From Zygnema circumcarinatum SAG 698-1b (taxonomy: Eukaryota; Plantae; Zygnematophyceae): a stretch of DNA of 64,000 nucleotides. Below, piece by piece: positions 12,638 to 24,501 of the stretch (within the stretch, counting starts at the first letter, position 1; every line of letters starts with the position of its first letter). Position numbers and translations under genes: made by a program. The stretch covers positions 3,906,001 through 3,970,000 of the forward strand of contig CM074808.1 of assembly GCA_037447605.1 (NCBI GenBank), written 5' to 3'. The notes beneath the pieces are model-generated. The model was not told the origin of the DNA, did not search any database, and was given only the letters and a program-made list of their open reading frames with translations.

Positions 12638-15600
12638 CTATCTTGAGAGGACTTTGCCGTCACTGAACAGGGTCTCCAATCCATAGTCTCCCAATTCGAG
12701 GGTGGGAGCCGCCTTTTGGAGAGGCTTTGCTTGCCGCCGCGAAATCAAAAACTGCCCTCGCTTAAAGTGATGTTGAGCCTGCGCTTGGGCCCGCGGCAAC
12801 AGTCGTCAAATGGGAACGACAGAACATGCAGAAACATTAAAAAGCACAACAATATGATAATATGTGATGCACATCATGAATCAAGCTGTTTACTGATACC
12901 AATTTTGGGGCCTTAGGAGCTTTGAGCTTTGATTTTTGCAGATTTTTCTTCTTTCATAGTGGGACAAACTCACTTTCAGAGAGAATTTGAGACCGAGGGC
13001 CTGACTGAGTGCGTCGAGCCGCTCATTCCCTGCTCCTTGCAAGAACTGAAGGGTTGAGGGGTCGACTCGAATCAGCAAGAAGGGCCATTTGGAAGTATTG
13101 GAGCGCTCTTTCTCTGAAATCGCCAAGTCAGGATATGCAGCCTGCAAAAAAAAAAAAGGGCCTCACTTTCTCCTTCTTGGATACACACTTACACCTCCAA
13201 CACCACATCGACGTTCTTCTTTAAAAAAAATAGATTGAGTAGAGTGCACAAAAAAGGGGGTTACTCTTTTGTTTGTTTGGGTTCCTATTGTGTGATTTTT
13301 GTAGAAGAAGAACGCACCTTTATTCTCCAAAGAGCGATCTCTAAGCGCATCATGATTGCTTCCGTCCCTTCAACACGACCTGCCCCTTCACAGCTTTCGC
13401 AGGGCTCACTGAAGGTCTGCATCAGACTTTGCCGAACCTGCAAAGGAATTTCGGAGTCCGGCTGAGGGGGCAGGAAATAAACTCTGAAGGCTTTCATAGC
13501 ATCATCCAAGAAGGCCCCAAGTGCTCTCACATTCATTTATTTAGTTTGTTTCTTTTGGGGATTTTCAAAATTTCTCAGAGTTTGACTCACTCTCTTCCGG
13601 GTCAACATCATGACGCCAAACTCGTTGATGTCGAGGACCTGCACAAGAACTCGATCCCGAGCAGTTGCTCTCTTCATCTCCCTTACCACTCGACTTTTGT
13701 GGTTTTCTACAAAAAAAAAATGCCAGAGGAAAAGGGCACATCAGTTACCACCTAATCGACACAGAATTTTTGAACATATAGACAACAGCTTTTCAACAGA
13801 ACCCCAAATTCAAGAATTTTTTTCTGCCCTACGAACCTTAGGTAGCCTGAATAGGAGACTTCACTCACAGGGGTAGTGAAAGCCCTTACCATCAGTCATA
13901 GTAATTAAGTCAACCGCAATAATTCCACCGATATCCCGTAGTCGAATTTCTGTAGCAGCCTGAAAATTTGCCAGGTGGCAGTCCACAGTAAAAGTCCACG
14001 ATCAGCCACTACAGGATCGGTGCTCGCTGTAGATTGTACGTTGAACTGGGGTTAACTTTATTAACTGAAATTGAACTGAATCCATGTCAGGAAAGACACA
14101 CTTCAAGAGGGAGTTTCATTGGTAGCACCTGTCGTGCTGCTTCGAGATTAACTGCCAAGATGGCATCTTTCATCTGAATGTTCTCTCCGTCTACTCCCAC
14201 AACTCGTTTGCCTCCATTCACATCGATAACCCACATGGCTTCCGTCTCCTCCACTACGAGATTGCCACCTGTCGCTAGGTCCACCCTGCGAAAGGCAGCA
14301 GTAGTAATGCCTTAGAAGGGTTGATTCAAAAAAAATGGAGCCAAAAAAATGTAACTTACTGTGTAGTAGCCCATTAACATATAAACTACCTTTTTGATGT
14401 CAACCGTTCAAGTTGGGGTTCTATGTTGTACGCATCAAAAATTGGCTCTGCTCCTACATAGAGCTCCACTCGATCACGAAGATCGGGCGCGACAATGTCC
14501 AAGTAAGCCATGATCTGAGCCACTAATCAACAAACGAACACTATATACATGAGTTACAATGTTTCCGTTATCTGTTTCAGCAAGTACAAGTAATGCTACG
14601 GGGCTTCAGAAAATTTGAAGGATCTTCTTCTCTTAATATACCAGACAACTCTTCATGGACGGGCTTACGACAAACTTGACATATCCATCCTACGCTACTG
14701 TGAAAATCCAATGGAAAGGGAGGAGAGACAGAAAGAGAAGGGGGGGATAGGGAGGGAGAGGATGGCGGGTGAGGAGGCGAGAGAGGTGAGTCATCATCAC
14801 CTCTTTGTATGTGCTTTCTGAATCCACAACCATGCGTGATACCTGCAATTCCTCCACGCATAGAAACCCACCCAACAGGGGAAATACTCTTCAGCCATAA
14901 AATTGCAAATGTCCACTCCATAGACCTTATCGTCCAGAGAATGCAACCCACAAAAATGAATTCCAAAATAAAAACAACAAAACGAACGAAAAACAAGCAA
15001 AAGACAACCCTTCGTTCTCTCAATTCCGGCATTCAGAAAAAGCTATATAGGATATAGTATAAACCTTGCTATTGAAATACTCGCGAACGACTGTCATGAT
15101 CCTTCCAACAGCCGGTAATAAGAGCTTTGGAACAGCTGCGAAGTCTCCTTCTGCTGCCCTTTCTACTGCTGCTACTGCTTCCTCCGTAATCCGCTGCCAC
15201 ATATCGAGCAAGCGTTGAAGGTCCCTCGCCAGTTCATCTTTTTCACAGCCCTCTGCCAGGAAATGAATTGTGCAGCCCATTTGAGGGGGAAGCAGCTCCT
15301 TCATGATCTGCTGAAGGCGTTGAACTTCTTGTTCATTTTGTATTTTGGGGGAAAAGGATATCCTCGAGGAGGATGGGACTAGAGTCTGTCGAGGGAGGGA
15401 AGACATGGAGAGTTCAAAGGACAATGCAAGGGAGGGTAAGCGAATGAGAAAGAGAGGCAACATCCCATCCCACGTATTTAAAGGTTGAAGCTCTTCATTT
15501 AGTATCCAGTTAGTTGGGTTATTGAAGGGAAGCATTTTTGGGCATTTTGCAGCTCTCAAGGGTTGGAAGTATTAGGGTCTGGGATCTCATTTAGTTTGGC

Positions 15601-18600
15601 TTATTGGGTCATTGATTCTTTCATTTTGATGCGTTTTTTCAACTGTTGAGATTTCAAGCTTTGGTTCTGCGGTTTTCCAGAGTTGCAATCTTACCAATAA
15701 TCGGCCTGGCAGCTGAATAATGGAGGTTAATCGAGCTTCCTTTTGTCTCAGCTTCTCCTTCAGCACCTGCACTACCACAACCATTCCTGGCCGTAGATTT
15801 GCCCAGCGATTGGTAGCCCCTAATCCCCCTTCCACTTCCATCCACTTTTGGGGTCCCAAATAGAAGGCGGGTCTTGCCCTGTTTGCAGGCCAAGTAGCAC
15901 CTGCATTCTCCAAAATCTGCTCTTGAGAAAGTTTGTCAATAGGATCTGTGACAGGAGAAATAGGGAGAAAGGGTTTGTGTTCAGATCTATGTTGGAAGTC
16001 CGGTTTTCCCCCCTGCCAACTAAGTATCTGCTCTAACTCCTCCAACGTTTCTTCCAAATCTTCATCCAGATCTCCCTCTATTTCTGTTTCCACCACCTCG
16101 TCGCTCCTCTCTCCCGCTCGAATATGACTCCAGTCTTTGCTGTTGCTGGTCATGCTTACAGCTGCCTCCTCCTCCCCTCCCCTGTCCTCCTCCTCCAAGT
16201 CCTCATCCAAATCATCATCTTCCGCTTCCTCATCCTCCTCTCCCTCTGCCTCTCCTTCGCCGGGGGTATATCTCTTATGTGACCCGATTGGAATGCTTAA
16301 GGCAACCTCTTCTCTTTCATCCTCCTCTACCTCTCCCTCCTCGTCTTCCTCTTCCCCATCTGACTCTCCCTCCTCCTTTCGAATGACCACCTCATTGTCA
16401 GCCGTAGCTCCATTGCTCTCTGCATCCTGAGGCTCTTGAGGCCTATGAGGGAGCACAGGCGCATAGGGATGAATTCTAGGAAAAGTCATTGGAAAATTCC
16501 TCCTTTTGAAGTTAACTTCCATAAAGGACCCTTGATATAATCCATGGTGCGCAAGATTCCCTATATCTACGAAAGCTCCTGGCATTTTGGGAGCAAGGCC
16601 TTGTACTACTCCCAAATATACCTCTCCCACCTGCTTCCGATTCCTAGAATCCAAAGGATCTACCACAAGTTCTACCAATTTTCCGTTTTCCACAATAGCA
16701 AGTCTTTCCATAGATGCTACAGGAGAGTTGATAAAGACCTCTCTTACAGGAGGTGGTTCTTCCATCAGAATATCTTCATCTTCCTCTACATTATGCTTCT
16801 CATCTATTGCCGGGCGAGCTGCTTCTGCACTTTCTTTCAATGCAGCAATCACCTTCTCTATGCCCGACTTCTCTATGGAAAAAGTAGAAGAAGATGTAGG
16901 TTCTGAAGGAGTATCACTCCCCGAGCTAAACGATGCAGCCTCTCTCTCATCTCCCTCCTGCTCTATCTCTGTTCCGGCTTTCCGGAAATCGTCCATATTC
17001 ACATCCATTTCACTCTTACCCAATGCCTTTGCGATCCGCTCTCTCTTTTCCTCTCTCTCTACCAGCTTCAGCGCCTTCCTATCAATATGTTTTCTCACTC
17101 TCTCCTCCTTTATCATAGTCATCAGTCTCACCTCCTCCTCCAACCACTTCTGCCGCTCTTCCATCATGATGCTCTCCATCAGCCATGGCTCCTCCCGAGG
17201 AGTCGATATACTCCTCATCCACTGCCTTTGCCTCTTCCCAAACGGACCTCCAAAGATAGAACGTTTCTCTTCATGGTCAGGGCTTGGCACCCAACCCCCT
17301 CCTCCTTCCTGAGCAACCTTCCTTTCTCCATCTTCACTCACAACATACTCTCCATTCAAAGCTCCCAATGAAGCATAGTGGTTTGATTCCCTATCACCTT
17401 CTCCTACTCTCCCACTGTTCTCTCCGTCTGTTTCGTCCTCTTCCAAGTCGTCCAGCTCCTCCCAGTCATCCTCATCTTTGACCCCAAGTTCCGCAATTGC
17501 CATCGCCTGGTCTACTTCTTCGTCGTCCTCATTTTCATCCTCTTCTTTGCTCTCTTCGTCTCTTCTTTCCTGCTTAATCCCATTCTCCTTCTCCAATTCA
17601 GATGTTGCAATCTCTGCACTTTCGTGTCTTTCCTTTCCATCAAGCATTGCCTCTTGAGCACTCAATTCCTCAAGCCAATCTGCCCATTCCAGAGTCGGTA
17701 GAGGCATTGCCTCTGTTCCCTCATCATCGTCATCCTCAGACTCAGCATCTGATGTACTTGGAGATAGCCACCACGGGGTTGAAGCTCTGTCCTGCATGCC
17801 ACAACAAGGAATGCTTTATGAAAGATTATAGCAGCCCAGCTCTACAGATGTTTCACAAGCTCCATCGAGTCCATTCCATATGATACATAAATGAAGTCCC
17901 TTTTAAACATGTCACTCTTGCATCGAGGAGCCTTTCGCTTCTCCGACTGGCAAAATATTCTCACTCAAAGTCCTCACTCGAAGTTGTTCAACGAATGGTA
18001 TTGCTAGAACATGAGCCAAAAAAGTCTTCAATCCTAGTGGTGATCGGAGATGCTGGTCCCATTGCGGGAACAAGTGTGAGTTCAACCATGAATCCCTTCA
18101 CTAAACAAAGACCCCGTTTGGTCCTTTTTCGAGCAAGGTTTCAGCAGAACGACATGGAGCATCAAAAACAGCCATCCCTCTCTAAATCGATAGACAGTCA
18201 TACTTTCTACTTAAGCATCATCACCAGAGTCCTATTTTTTTCAAAAAAAAAAACGAAAGCCCTAAAGGACAAAAAAGGCCTCACTATTGATGCGTTACTT
18301 CTCGTCAACCTGCTAACGTGGAATAAGGAGGGTTACAGTGATGCTATGTTTTTTAAAGAGGTCTTGTAAGCTGCTATTGCTAAAATAAATTTTAAGTACA
18401 CGAAATCCAACTTAAACGTACTTATCTTCTGAGAACTTCAATATGTCGGGGAATTATAGCCGCATTGTTTTTACTCAATGGAAAATGCCCTATTGAATGC
18501 AAATGCTATAGTTTTTGCTAACGATGGCTTACATCGTCTGATCATTTGTTAGGCCTACATGGAACTCACTCATAACAAATACTCCTCCTCCTGAATGATT

Positions 18601-19501
18601 GACGGGTACCCCGACATGTTTTCTCTCCGCCCAAAAGACCATCGCACTGCTGAGAAGGAGAGCCAGTCAGCTGACCGACCTCATCGCTTTCCCTGACCAC
18701 CCTTTAAGGTTAGCCATTCCAGGTTTCTATGGTCAGTCAGATGAGATTCCAGGCGTTCTCAGCTTGTTCTTCTACCCTTTTAACGTTACATTGGCTACTA
18801 ACCATAAAAATCCATTCTCAAAATTCTCAAGATTTTAGTAGTTCCAGTGATCATCAGCGACATTGTGAACTTGAATGAAGTTGAAGGTGCTCCCTGCGAG
18901 GAGGATACTCACTTCCAGAATACCGTCGTGCCATAGGAAGCATCAAAGTAGTCAAATAAGGAGTAGCCTAGTTTCCAGGGTTAGGGTTAGGGCTTGAAGA
19001 TTTAGGGTTGAGTCCATGGAGCTGAATCTCACCTGTCGAACGTCTCCTTCTCCTCCTCCTCTTCTTCCTCCTCCATCGTCCTCCGATTTTAATACATCAC
19101 CTGGGATGATTTTTGTTACATAGATGAGTATTAGTCAAACAAATGACTAACCAATACATGAATAACCAGGAAAATAACTGGTCTGGATCACTACTGTTAG
19201 AAAACAAACATGTCTCCAGAAGCTTGAAGTGATTCAGGATGAAATTCCAAGTTTTAGGATGTGAAAGCTCACCTGCAGCCGCCTTCAAAGCCGTCTGAAA
19301 GAAGAAGACGGGAATGCTCCTCCTCTCCACCGAGAACATACTCCGCCTCCGCAAGTGCGAGCTTCGCCATTGGAGCCTTTGCAAGAGTCGATGGCTGAAG
19401 GAGGAGGGCGAGCCTCCGCAGAGGCAGCACGGCCGTAATGAGGAGTGCGCGGTCTGCAGAGGAGGAGGCGGGCAGGCGGCCCTGACGGCCATGGCCGCCA
19501 T
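12638..19501 (-). CDS. RNE: Chloroplast ribonuclease E/G-like protein (multi-exon)
   Basis: First exon 19501-19273 is a Ser/Arg/Ala-rich transit-peptide-like sequence. The large exon from 17791 contains FINSPVASMERLAIVENGKLVEL, VYLGVVQGLAPKMPGAFVDIG (S1) and VVVQVLKEKLRQK. Later exons carry LARDLQRLL, VVEETEAMWVIDVNGG, EIRLRDIGGIIAVD, Zn-link CESCEGAGRV and terminal QHHFKRGQFLI...VLSR* (stop 12638-12640). Small N-terminal exons at 18.9-19.1 kb are not fully resolved. Confidence 0.92.
17823..18377 (-). repeat. ~560-bp dispersed repeat, copy B, inside an RNE intron
   Basis: Inverted match to 11619-12216. It ends ~30 nt upstream of the acceptor (GCATGCAG, 17792) of the large RNE exon. Confidence 0.88.
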
Positions 19502-20119
19502 GGCCAGAGCTCCGCACAGAGAGGCTCCCGGAGGGGAAAGGGGGAGGGGGGAAACAGAGCTTTTACATGACTAAAAGGGCCCGTATAACTGTGACTGGAA
19601 CTGGAACACAGCAACAGAACGGCGGCAGTTGACAGTTCTGTGAGTGAAGACCGTTCTTTGCTCCTCGAGAGGGCGGGTCTATGGAATTGGCCGAATTCAG
19701 CATTGGACGAGTTTCAGACTTCAAAAACTCATAATGCAATTGTGCTTAGGGCCTTTGCGACCAATTAGTTCCTCTAGGTTCCTTCTTCATGTTGATGTTG
19801 TCCATGTACATTTGATGGCCTCATTGCCATCGTGATATCAATGCCACTTTCTTTTCTTTCAATATGAAATTTGTACCATGGAAGTAGTCTGTATTACTGC
19901 AAGTGGTCTCATAATAAGGTTGGGAAATGTCGAGATTTTCTAAAGACGTAGCTTCTTCTGTATGGAATCCAAAATTTTGTTTGCTACGGCTTCTTACGGA
20001 TTGATGGACTTGGGAATCAGTTCTGATCAATGGCTTGCAAATTCTGATTCCTTAGTCTGAAATTCACTTCTGATCAAAGTCTGATCCCAGCTCTAACCTC
20101 ACACCATTCAAACAAAAAA

Positions 20120-20475
20120 AGATCCACCTAGATCCACACAGGTAAGCCCCCAACAAGGTACAGTACACCCCATGTGGATCCGCCAAATCGATCAGATCAA
20201 CATTCCCCTCCAAGGAGCGGCGCAGGTTTACCCACCTCGAATCTCACGGGATACTTAACCCGCTGTCGTGGCGCAGTGTAAGAGCGCCACGTGGTACCAA
20301 GCTGATCCACAGGATTCCAGTTTGAAACTCCCCTGTTCACACTTGAACCGGTTCGCCCCATTTTGAGTCTTGCCTCTGCTCCCCCCTCGAGAGGCCTTTC
20401 TTCTCTCCGTCGGGATGCTGCCACGTGGCGTCCGCCCTGCCACGTGTCGCATTCCCCAGCGTGACACGTGGCACA
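20120..20475. promoter_or_regulatory. G-box/ABRE cluster in the divergent RNE/PPR promoter
   Basis: GCCACGTGGT (~20287), GCCACGTGGC (~20420), GCCACGTGTC (~20439) and GACACGTGGC (~20463) lie within ~180 bp between head-to-head ATGs at 19501(-) and 20751(+). Function is inferred. Confidence 0.5.
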
Positions 20476-20750
20476 ACCAGAAGGAGCAGCTGGCAGGCCG
20501 CCATGGCCCGCTGGTAGGGCTCCACGTAACAGGCTTCGCGGCTTCTCGCTGCCAACGGATTTCCAATTCTTCCACATGGAACGTGTTGGGAGGGGAGGGA
20601 GGGGAGGGAGTGGGAGAGGGGGAAGGGGAGGGGGAGGGGGAGGGGGAGGGGGAGGGGGAGAGGGAGGGGGGGGGAANNNNNNNNNNGGGGGAGGGGGAGG
20701 GGGAGGGGGAGAGGGAGGGGGGGGGAAAGGGGGGAAGAGGAGGAGGAGCC

Positions 20751-23700
20751 ATGGCGGCCCGGGGAGCTCCCAATCCTCCGTACATTAGAACTAGGGTTCT
20801 GCGTCCAGAGGGGTCAGGGCCGGCTCTGCAGGGTTCAGACGTCCTCGAAGGGAGGCCTGATGCTGAAGCGGGAGAGGAGAGAGAGGAGGGAGGGAATCCT
20901 TCTGCAGGCGATAATGGGAATTGGAAGGTAAGGAATGGCTCTCGGAAGGGTTTTGCAAGAGCTGCAGGGTTCAGATTCCAACCGTAATTGTAGGCCTGCT
21001 TAGTTTCTTCTCTCAAACCAATGAGCCTGTGGAAGAATGTGAACCCTCGGATGACATTTTGAGGCTGAATTGCCTATCTACATGAGCAATTTGTAAATTG
21101 AAGCTAATTTTTGGTGTACAAGACAATGTAGCGGCATTGCTGTGATTTTAAATGGAGCTCGTGCATCTAATATTGTCGAATTTTAGAGAATTTGGAGCTG
21201 CATTGTCTGTTCCACCCTCTCCAAGTTCCCGCTCTCCTCACCTTCCTCTCTCTTCTCACCCTCCCTCTTCTCTCCCTGCGTTCTCTCGACTCCTCTCTTC
21301 CTACCTCTTTTCCTCTGCACTTCTCCCTCGCACTCCAAATCTCACTTTCCTTAAACATTGCCTTCGTCTTGCCTTTTTGTAGTAGATCGCAATAGAATTA
21401 CACTTAATCAGCGTTTCTTTCAATTCATAACGTTGCTTACGATCTGCTTTCTTACACTCAAATCTCTGACAGCCAACTTGTTTCCTCTCTCTCTTTCTCT
21501 CTCTCTCCCCTTCTCCTCTCTCTCTCCCTCCCTCTTCCCTCTCTCCTCTTTGTCTCTTTCGCTCCCTCTCCGTCTCCCTCTCCTCTCTCTCTCCCCTCCC
21601 CTCCCCTCTCTCTCTCTGCTCCCTAACAGGAGAATCCTTGCATTCGGTGCGGAAAAAGTGGCCATAAGCCGTGGAACTGCTCCTCAGCAGAGAAGTGTCC
21701 ACAGTGTTCGGCAGGTCTCTCTTGCAGAATAGTCTCGTCTCGATACCAGGATATGAAAAAGCTGCGACAGAAGGGAGACATCCTTAAAATGCGGCGAGAA
21801 TTGCAGAATCTTAAGCTTAAAGGCCACAAACCGGTGCATAATATTTATATGGAAGTAATCAACGCCTCTGTTGGGCAGAAGCAGGCAGTAGCTGCTCAAG
21901 CAGTCCTGGATGAGATGCAAGAAGATGGAGAAAAACCGCGATCTGTTTGTTTTAATTCCGTTTTAAATGGCTGGTGTGAGGCTGGGAGAATGGAGGAAGC
22001 TCTTCTAGTATTGGAGCAAATGAAGAAGGCCGGATGTGAGCCGATTGCAAGTACATATAATACAATTGTTAAGGGGCTCGGCTTAGCCGGACGACCGAAC
22101 GATGCTATGCAGCTGTTAAAGCAGATGCTTGAGTTGGGAGTAGAGAAAGCTAGACCCAATTTGATGACATTCAACACGCTGCTGAATGCGTGGTCGGAGT
22201 CAGGGAAAGTGGAGGAGGCTCAGAAAGTGTTAGGCATTATGAGAAGGGTGGGAGTGGAGCCGGACGTCGTGTCATATAACATAATTGTGAAGAGTTATGC
22301 AGCTGTTGGGAGAGCACAGAAAGCGGAGGCAGTGATTGAAGAGATGGAAAACTGTTACATAAGGCCGAATGAAAGGACTTGTGGCCTAGTAGTTCGAAGT
22401 TATTGTGATAAAGGGGATATGGGGAGAGCGTTGAATTTTATGGAGAGAATGAAGGATCGAGGAGTTCGACCTAATTCGGCTGTTTATAATACGGTTATAA
22501 GGGGCTATGCTAGGGCCCTTCAGCTCCCGCAAGCTGCGAAGGTGAGTTTTGTGGACATTCTTTGGAACTTGGGTTATGTATGCAGATAGTAATTTGCTGG
22601 AAAAGTTTGAAATCTACCTTCCAGGCCCACCCTCTTAGAATTGGGAGATAGAAAGGAAAAGGAAAAGGAAAAGAAAGGAAAAGAAAAAAAAGGTAAAGAA
22701 AAAGAAAGAAAGGAAAAGAAAGGAAAGGAAAGGATCCCTTGATGAGTCAAAACTTACTGGAACATAAAGCAACGAAGGAGTATGCTGGGCAATCGCCATA
22801 AGAGAGTCAAATTCTTTTCTCCTGATGTTCTGCAAGTGTAAATTTGTGCAGTGAGATAGCCTAGCTTCAACTCGATTGTAGAAAATAAGCTTCAGGGGTT
22901 AAGTTTGGCATGTTTTGGCTGTCTGATGCTGATCTCAATGTTCAATGCCTCCCACTCCCTCACTTTCCCCGTGATGCATCGCTGTTATTCAATTTCTACT
23001 CCTTGTAATGCAGGTACTGGAAGCCATGGATTCAGCAGGAGTGAAACCAGATGTTGTGTCATATTCAACAGTGATGAATGCCTGGGCAGAAGCAAGGCTC
23101 CCAGAGGAGGCTCGTAAAGTGTTCGAATCAATGAAGCAAGCTGGAGTTAAGCCGGATGTGGAGGTCTACTCTATCCTTGCAAAAAGTTATTCGAGAACGT
23201 GGAGATGTGAGGAGGCTGAAGCGCTCCTAAAGGAGATGGAGAAAGACGGAATCCGACCAAACGTGGTCACTCTAACCACAGTCCTTAGCTGCTACTGCTC
23301 CTGCGGGAAAGTCGATAGTGCAATGCAAGTTTTCCGCTCTATGGGGGAAATGGCAGCTGTTCCGAACATTCGCACTTACCGCACTTTACTATGGGGCCTC
23401 TTGGAGGCGAGGGAGCTTCAGAAAGCAGAGGAAGTTCTGGACCTTCTAGAAGCTTCCGGGCTTCCGCTAGATGCCAGGTGTTACGACCAGGTGGCATCCG
23501 CGTGGCAGTTATTAGGAAGGAGTAATGAGGCCCAACGGATAGCCAATAGGAAGCAGGCAGTGATGAGAGGAGGGATGTCGGGTAGAGGCGAGACGCGCAC
23601 GGAGAGAGTGCCACCTGGCAGAGTGCAGGGCGCTAATGACGTGTCGGTTCGGATGGGAGTGAGGGACAGCAGGCGAGTGACAGGTGGCAGCACTCAATTC

Positions 23701-24282
23701 GCGGATGTTCGGCAGCGGGGTGAGGAGGGTGAAGGAGGGGGGGGGCGAGAGAGGGGGTTGCGGGAGGGACCTAAAAAAACGAGAGAAGGGAGAGGAGGGG
23801 AACCGGAAAATGGGGGATCGCATGGTGAGGAGGAGAGGTACGTTAGTGACCAGATCGTGAATGGGCATGCGAGGGAGAGGGACAGGGGGAGGGAGAGGGA
23901 GCGGGAGTGGGAGGAGAGTGAGAGGGAGAGCGAGAGGGAGGGAGAGGGAGAGGGAGGTATGTTGGAGCTTGTAGAGGCTGAGAAGTTCAGCAGAGAGAGA
24001 GAGAGAGAGCAGAGAAGAAGACCCTATGCCAATGGGGTCGCTGTAGGCAGCAATAAAGTGGGCCCAAATGGGGCTTATGTGAAGAAGAGTTTGGATACGG
24101 ATAGCAAGTTTACAAATGCCGAGTCTATTAGGGTTCCCTTCCATCGTCAGTCTCTGAAGAAATTGCAGATAGACCCTGGGCCAAGGCCGGAGCCTGCCCA
24201 CTCTAATTTCAAGTGCCTTGTGGGGCCCACTATGGGAAGTGGGCATGGAGGAGTAGCAGCAAGGCTGCTTCTGCTAGTCTAG
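20751..24282 (+). CDS. P-class pentatricopeptide repeat protein (resembles the Arabidopsis At5g25630/At5g21222 type) with N-terminal CCHC zinc knuckle
   Basis: Exons 20751-20927, 21630-22541 and 23014-24282, all phase 0. About 11 PPR motifs (e.g. VCFNSVLNGWCEAGRMEEALLVLEQMKKAGCEP, VVSYSTVMNAWAEARLPEEARKVFESMKQAGVKPD). The leading CPQCSAGLSCRIVSSR recalls the CKSCVEGSSCRTVRSR segment of At5g25630 (from memory, not aligned). Confidence 0.93.
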
Positions 24283-24501
24283 GGGGGCAATCTAGAAAAA
24301 ATAGAAATTGGTAGATTTGAAAATTATTTAAATTTTAGGTTGCAAAAAATGTCTTGTGAAATTTGGTGTATAAAAGTAATTTTAGATATCGACAGTTTGG
24401 ATGTATGTATGTATGTACGGTTGTGTAATTATTATGAGAAAAATTATACAATAAAAAGTCTTCTAAAAAAGAAAAAGATAAAAACGAGATTTAAGAAAAA
24501 A

